Origin: Candidatus Limnocylindrales bacterium
Lineage (GTDB): Bacteria; Moduliflexota; Moduliflexia; Moduliflexales; JAUQPW01
DNA length: 64,000 nucleotides
Direction: 5' to 3'
Assembly: GCA_035559535.1 (NCBI GenBank)
Contig: DATMBG010000017.1
Span: 62,001 to 126,000 of the forward strand
Under the pieces are notes generated by a model, which did not search any database, was not told the origin of the DNA, and saw nothing but the letters and a program-made list of their open reading frames with translations. Below are positions 60,361 to 64,000 of the stretch, piece by piece. Both the position numbers and the translations under genes were made by a program. Position 1 is the first letter of the stretch. Each line of letters opens with the position of its first letter.

Positions 60361-62109
60361 ATGAGCCTCTTCAAACCCCATATCAAATTAAAACAACTTT
60401 TCAGCATCATTGATATCTTCCTCCTGATTACACTGGCAGCCCTTGTTTACGGATTAATAGGTATCGCTTCAGAATGGCGGGAAGAGCTACACCCGGTCTT
60501 TCAAATCGATTTAAGCCCCTGGGCTCTTCCCAAGTATACCCTCTTTTCCTTGTTTCGAGGCTTTGCAGCCTATGGATTCTCCCTTCTGTTTACGCTCATA
60601 TACGGTTATATCGCCGCCTATAGTCGATGGGCAGAAGCGGTTATGATTCCTCTCCTGGATATTTTGCAAAGTATTCCGGTACTTGGCTTCTTGCCAGGGC
60701 TTGTGTTGGGACTGGTAGCTCTCTTTCCACACAGTAATATAGGACTTGAATTAGCCGCCATCTTGATGATCTTCACCGGACAGGTCTGGAATATGGCTTT
60801 TAGTTTCTATCACTCGCTTAAGTCTATTCCGACCGATTTAAGAGAAGTCTCCAGGATTTATAAACTTAGCCGGTGGGAGCGAATCTTAAAACTTGAAATT
60901 CCCTTCTCTATGATGGGATTAGTCTGGAACAGCATGATGTCGATGGCGGGTGGATGGTTTTTCCTCACGGTGAGTGAATCGTTTGTGCTGGAAAATAAGG
61001 ATTTCAGGCTTCCAGGTATCGGCTCTTACATGAGCGTTGCCATCGGTGAGGGAGATATTCCTGCCATGATGTATGCCATCACAGCCATGGCGCTTATGAT
61101 TATTGCGGTAGATCAACTTTTCTGGCGACCGATTGTGGCCTGGGCGCAAAAATTCAAGCTTGAAGAAACGGAATCCTCCGAAGTTCAGGGCTCTTTTATC
61201 CTGGATCTTTACCGGCATTCTTATCTCTTTAAACATTTTTTGTTGGGGGTTCGGCGTTTCCGATCTTTTGTTGACTTTTTGCTACCCCGGATTAAAAACA
61301 AGAAACAAAGGCGAATCGAAAACGGACAAAAGAGCCAGGACTCAAGGGTAAAAAAAAGACTTTTCGTGCTGGTTCAAGGGTTCCTCCTGGGTATCTTTCT
61401 TTTTTTGACGGTTTACGGAATCTGGAGACTCTCTTTACTGTTATCCTACCTTTCCTTCTCAGATTGGTTGAACATCGGTTTACAGACCTTTTTAACCTTT
61501 CTTCGGGTCTTCGGGGCCGTAGCCTTGGGTACTCTCTGGACCGTTCCTGTAGGGGTTAGCATTGGGCTAAACCCACGATGGTCCAGGGTCTTACAGCCTG
61601 TTATTCAGGTGATTGCTTCTTTTCCGGCACCCATGTTATTTCCGTTGGTGTTAATGGGAGTTACAGCCCTGGGAGGCAGTATTGAATACGGTGCCATCGT
61701 CCTGATGCTTTTGGGGACCCAGTGGTATATTTTATTCAACGTGATTGCCGGAGCCATGGCTATTCCTCACGATATGCGGGAAGCAGCCGCTATTTATAAA
61801 CTCCAGGGCTGGAAAAAATGGAAAGAGCTTATCTTACCGGCTATTTTCCCGAATCTGGTCACGGGATGGGTGACCGCTACAGGTGGAGCCTGGAATGCCA
61901 GTATCGTGGCAGAATATGTGCATTACAAAGGAACCACGCTGATCGCGACTGGATTGGGGTCTACCATTAGTCTTGCAACAGATCAGGGGAACTTTGCCAT
62001 GCTTGCCGCGAGCCTGTTGGCCATGTCAGCAACCGTGGTCGGGTTGAATCGATTTTTTTGGAAAAGACTTTACAAATTGGCAGAGGAGAGATATAGTCTC
62101 AATAAGTAA
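60361..62109 (+). CDS. NitT/TauT-type ABC permease with two TM domains
   Basis: DILQSIPVLGF, WNSMMSMAGGWFF and GGAWNASIVAE motifs. Confidence 0.9.
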   Translation: MSLFKPHIKLKQLFSIIDIFLLITLAALVYGLIGIASEWREELHPVFQIDLSPWALPKYTLFSLFRGFAAYGFSLLFTLIYGYIAAYSRWAEAVMIPLLDILQSIPVLGFLPGLVLGLVALFPHSNIGLELAAILMIFTGQVWNMAFSFYHSLKSIPTDLREVSRIYKLSRWERILKLEIPFSMMGLVWNSMMSMAGGWFFLTVSESFVLENKDFRLPGIGSYMSVAIGEGDIPAMMYAITAMALMIIAVDQLFWRPIVAWAQKFKLEETESSEVQGSFILDLYRHSYLFKHFLLGVRRFRSFVDFLLPRIKNKKQRRIENGQKSQDSRVKKRLFVLVQGFLLGIFLFLTVYGIWRLSLLLSYLSFSDWLNIGLQTFLTFLRVFGAVALGTLWTVPVGVSIGLNPRWSRVLQPVIQVIASFPAPMLFPLVLMGVTALGGSIEYGAIVLMLLGTQWYILFNVIAGAMAIPHDMREAAAIYKLQGWKKWKELILPAIFPNLVTGWVTATGGAWNASIVAEYVHYKGTTLIATGLGSTISLATDQGNFAMLAASLLAMSATVVGLNRFFWKRLYKLAEERYSLNK

Positions 62110-62177
62110 GGAGTTAATCCTCAGAGGGCCACGAAGGGTCACCAAGAGTTTTTCTTATTGTTCCTTCAGGATCCTTC

Positions 62178-63539
62178 ATGAATAAAGTGATGAGCGAAAC
62201 CTATGTCATTACAGAACTTCAAAATGTTCACAAGTCCTTTGTCCTCCCGACGGGTAAAGAAATTAAAATTTTAGAGGCTGTGAACCTGGAAGTCCATTCT
62301 GGAGAGATTCTCGCGATTCTCGGGCCTTCTGGATGCGGCAAATCAACCATCGTTCGCATTTTAACAGGACTTCTGCCACCTTCCTCGGGTCAGGTTCTCT
62401 ACCATGGAAAACCCATGACAGGCATTAATCCAGGAGTTTCCATGGTATTTCAAAGTGTTGCCCTCTTTCCCTGGTTGACGGTGTATGAAAATGTGGCTAT
62501 TGGAGCTAACAAGTCTGAGCTTCCCAAAGAAGAAAAAATACAAAGTATTCGTAGAGCCATCGATACCGTGGGTCTTGAAGGATTTGAAGAAGCTTATCCT
62601 AAGGAACTTTCTGGTGGTATGAAGCAGCGGGTTGGCATTGCCCGGGCATTGGTCGCAAACTCGGAACTACTGTGCATGGATGAACCCTTCAGTGGATTGG
62701 ATGTTCTGACGGCCGAAACGCTCCGGTCCGAAGTCCTTAACCTCTGGATTAATCATAAAACGGATCTTAAAAGCATTTTGATTGTGACCCATAATATCAG
62801 TGAAGCGGTCTTCCTGGCCCACCGTATCGTCGTGCTGGAAACTAATCCCGGTCGCGTTCGCGTGGTTCTGAACAATAACCTTCCTTTTCCCAGGAACTAT
62901 CGAGACCCTGGATTTCAAGCCATGGTAGACAAAATTCATGGGATTATTACCCATACCTATATACCCGATGAAGTTCCTGTTTTGGAGGAATTTCCTATCT
63001 CTGTAACAGCTTCTACCGAAACCAATCGTTGTTTTCAACGGATTACGCCACTCCCCTATGTTAATGTAAGTGAGGTTATCGGATTGCTGGAGGTTCTGGA
63101 TGATAAAGGCGGGGAGTTGGATATTTTCGATCTGGCCGTAGAGCTGAGGAAGGAATTCGGAAGCGTTATTGCCCTCGCTAAAGCAGCAGAAGAACTGGAT
63201 TTTGTAGATACTCCTAAACACAGAGTCATATTCACAGAGTTGGGCAGGACTTTTATAAAAAGTGATGTCAATGAACGGAAGAAAATGCTGAACGCGCAAC
63301 TACAAAAAATGCGATTATTCGAGGTTCTTTTGGATATGCTTCATAACCAAAAAGATCACGCTGTTAAAGAGGAAACCGTTCTGGAAATGTTGGCCATTCT
63401 CTTGCCTAATGAAAATCCTGAAAAACTCTTTGAAACCGTTGTGAGATGGGGTCGGTATGCAGAGTTGTTAGGATATAATGCCGACGAGAAGATTTTGTAT
63501 CTGGATACCGGTGAAGAAAGAGTTGAGAATAAAAAATAA
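62178..63539 (+). CDS. NitT/TauT-type ABC ATPase with a C-terminal associated domain
   Basis: [16 protein letters not shown] and DEPFS motifs; C-terminal WGRYAEL. Confidence 0.92.
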   Translation: MNKVMSETYVITELQNVHKSFVLPTGKEIKILEAVNLEVHSGEILAILGPSGCGKSTIVRILTGLLPPSSGQVLYHGKPMTGINPGVSMVFQSVALFPWLTVYENVAIGANKSELPKEEKIQSIRRAIDTVGLEGFEEAYPKELSGGMKQRVGIARALVANSELLCMDEPFSGLDVLTAETLRSEVLNLWINHKTDLKSILIVTHNISEAVFLAHRIVVLETNPGRVRVVLNNNLPFPRNYRDPGFQAMVDKIHGIITHTYIPDEVPVLEEFPISVTASTETNRCFQRITPLPYVNVSEVIGLLEVLDDKGGELDIFDLAVELRKEFGSVIALAKAAEELDFVDTPKHRVIFTELGRTFIKSDVNERKKMLNAQLQKMRLFEVLLDMLHNQKDHAVKEETVLEMLAILLPNENPEKLFETVVRWGRYAELLGYNADEKILYLDTGEERVENKK

Positions 63540-63732
63540 CCACCGGTTAGTAGAGATTTTGTCTCCGGTTTACATTAATACCTTATACTCACGCTAAACA
63601 GGGTCATTTAACCAAAGGCACCCGTTACCATGTGCCCCTACCCTTTCCTGAAAGTCGTCCAGGAATGCTTTTATAAGAAAAAATCGATATTACTTATACC
63701 AATTCTGATTAAAGGTCCTCAAGCAGGCAGCT

Positions 63733-63772
63733 CCACCCCAGCCCTCCCCACAGGCGGGGAGGGCTGGGGTGG
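63733..63772. repeat. 17-bp perfect GC-rich hairpin
   Basis: ccaccccagccctcccc-acaggc-ggggagggctggggtgg. Confidence 0.75.
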
Positions 63773-63865
63773 GGAGGTCCCTATCCTTTATACTACCTTT
63801 CAACACCGACTTAGTACTAAGGATATCCTCTATAGGAAAATCCACCCTGTAAGAGTCGTAAGACC

Positions 63866-64000
63866 ATGATCTTCTTTTTTGTTTTGATCTTAATCTGGAC
63901 TTATTCTCATCTCCTTAGAGATCTGGCCTATGGGGAAGATTTTCAGGGTAAAAGTATCCAGACTGTTGAGGTCGATTGTATTGAAGATTCTGTTTTAAAA
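63866..64000 (+). CDS. Probable N-terminus of an exported protein (runs off the right edge)
   Basis: 45 open codons MIFFFVLILIWTYSHLLRDLAYGEDFQGKSIQTVEV..., signal-peptide-like. Confidence 0.4.
   Translation, partial: MIFFFVLILIWTYSHLLRDLAYGEDFQGKSIQTVEVDCIEDSVLK

Noticed and set aside
16316-63299. Numerous 60-210 aa antisense or alternate-frame ORFs within long genes
   Set aside because: They are shadows of well-supported genes and lack motifs or RBSs

Overview
A 64 kb bacterial chromosomal segment of moderate GC, densely coding, with no rRNA, tRNA, CRISPR array, phage gene or transposase that I can recognise. Much of it is ordinary metabolism: an adenine/adenosine deaminase C-terminus, tag, a beta-oxidation operon, a Liv-type ABC importer, a four-carbon acid-sugar kinase with PdxA2, glgB, an aminotransferase, an MFS, an SDR and a NitT/TauT-type ABC pair. 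Five modules of unknown function stand out. (1) 2.4-8.0 kb: a non-canonical acyl-CoA dehydrogenase, a signal-less PhnD-like protein with no ABC partners, a secreted transglutaminase, Tpx and a TusA-like/diiron ferritin-like fusion. (2) 9.3-16.2 kb: DUF4331-CHRD, TPR and His-rich Ni/Co-transporter genes with a SigK-like ECF sigma, an RskA-like anti-sigma and a candidate ECF promoter; a paralogous cupin anti-sigma lies at 19.6-20.1 kb. (3) 40.5-43.3 kb: a cNMP-domain sigma-54 activator upstream of a -24/-12 promoter with paired palindromic sites, preceding two small exported proteins built from an unfamiliar repeat. (4) An AcuC/HDAC-family deacetylase with a twin-arginine signal peptide. (5) A cytoplasmic subtilase followed by a free-standing copy of its own prodomain. 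Intergenic DNA is full of REP-like palindromes and MITEs, including a nested MITE with a 10-bp target duplication, an in-frame palindromic insertion in an ABC gene, and 27-bp inverted repeats flanking glgB. All family calls come from motif recognition by eye; no database search was run.
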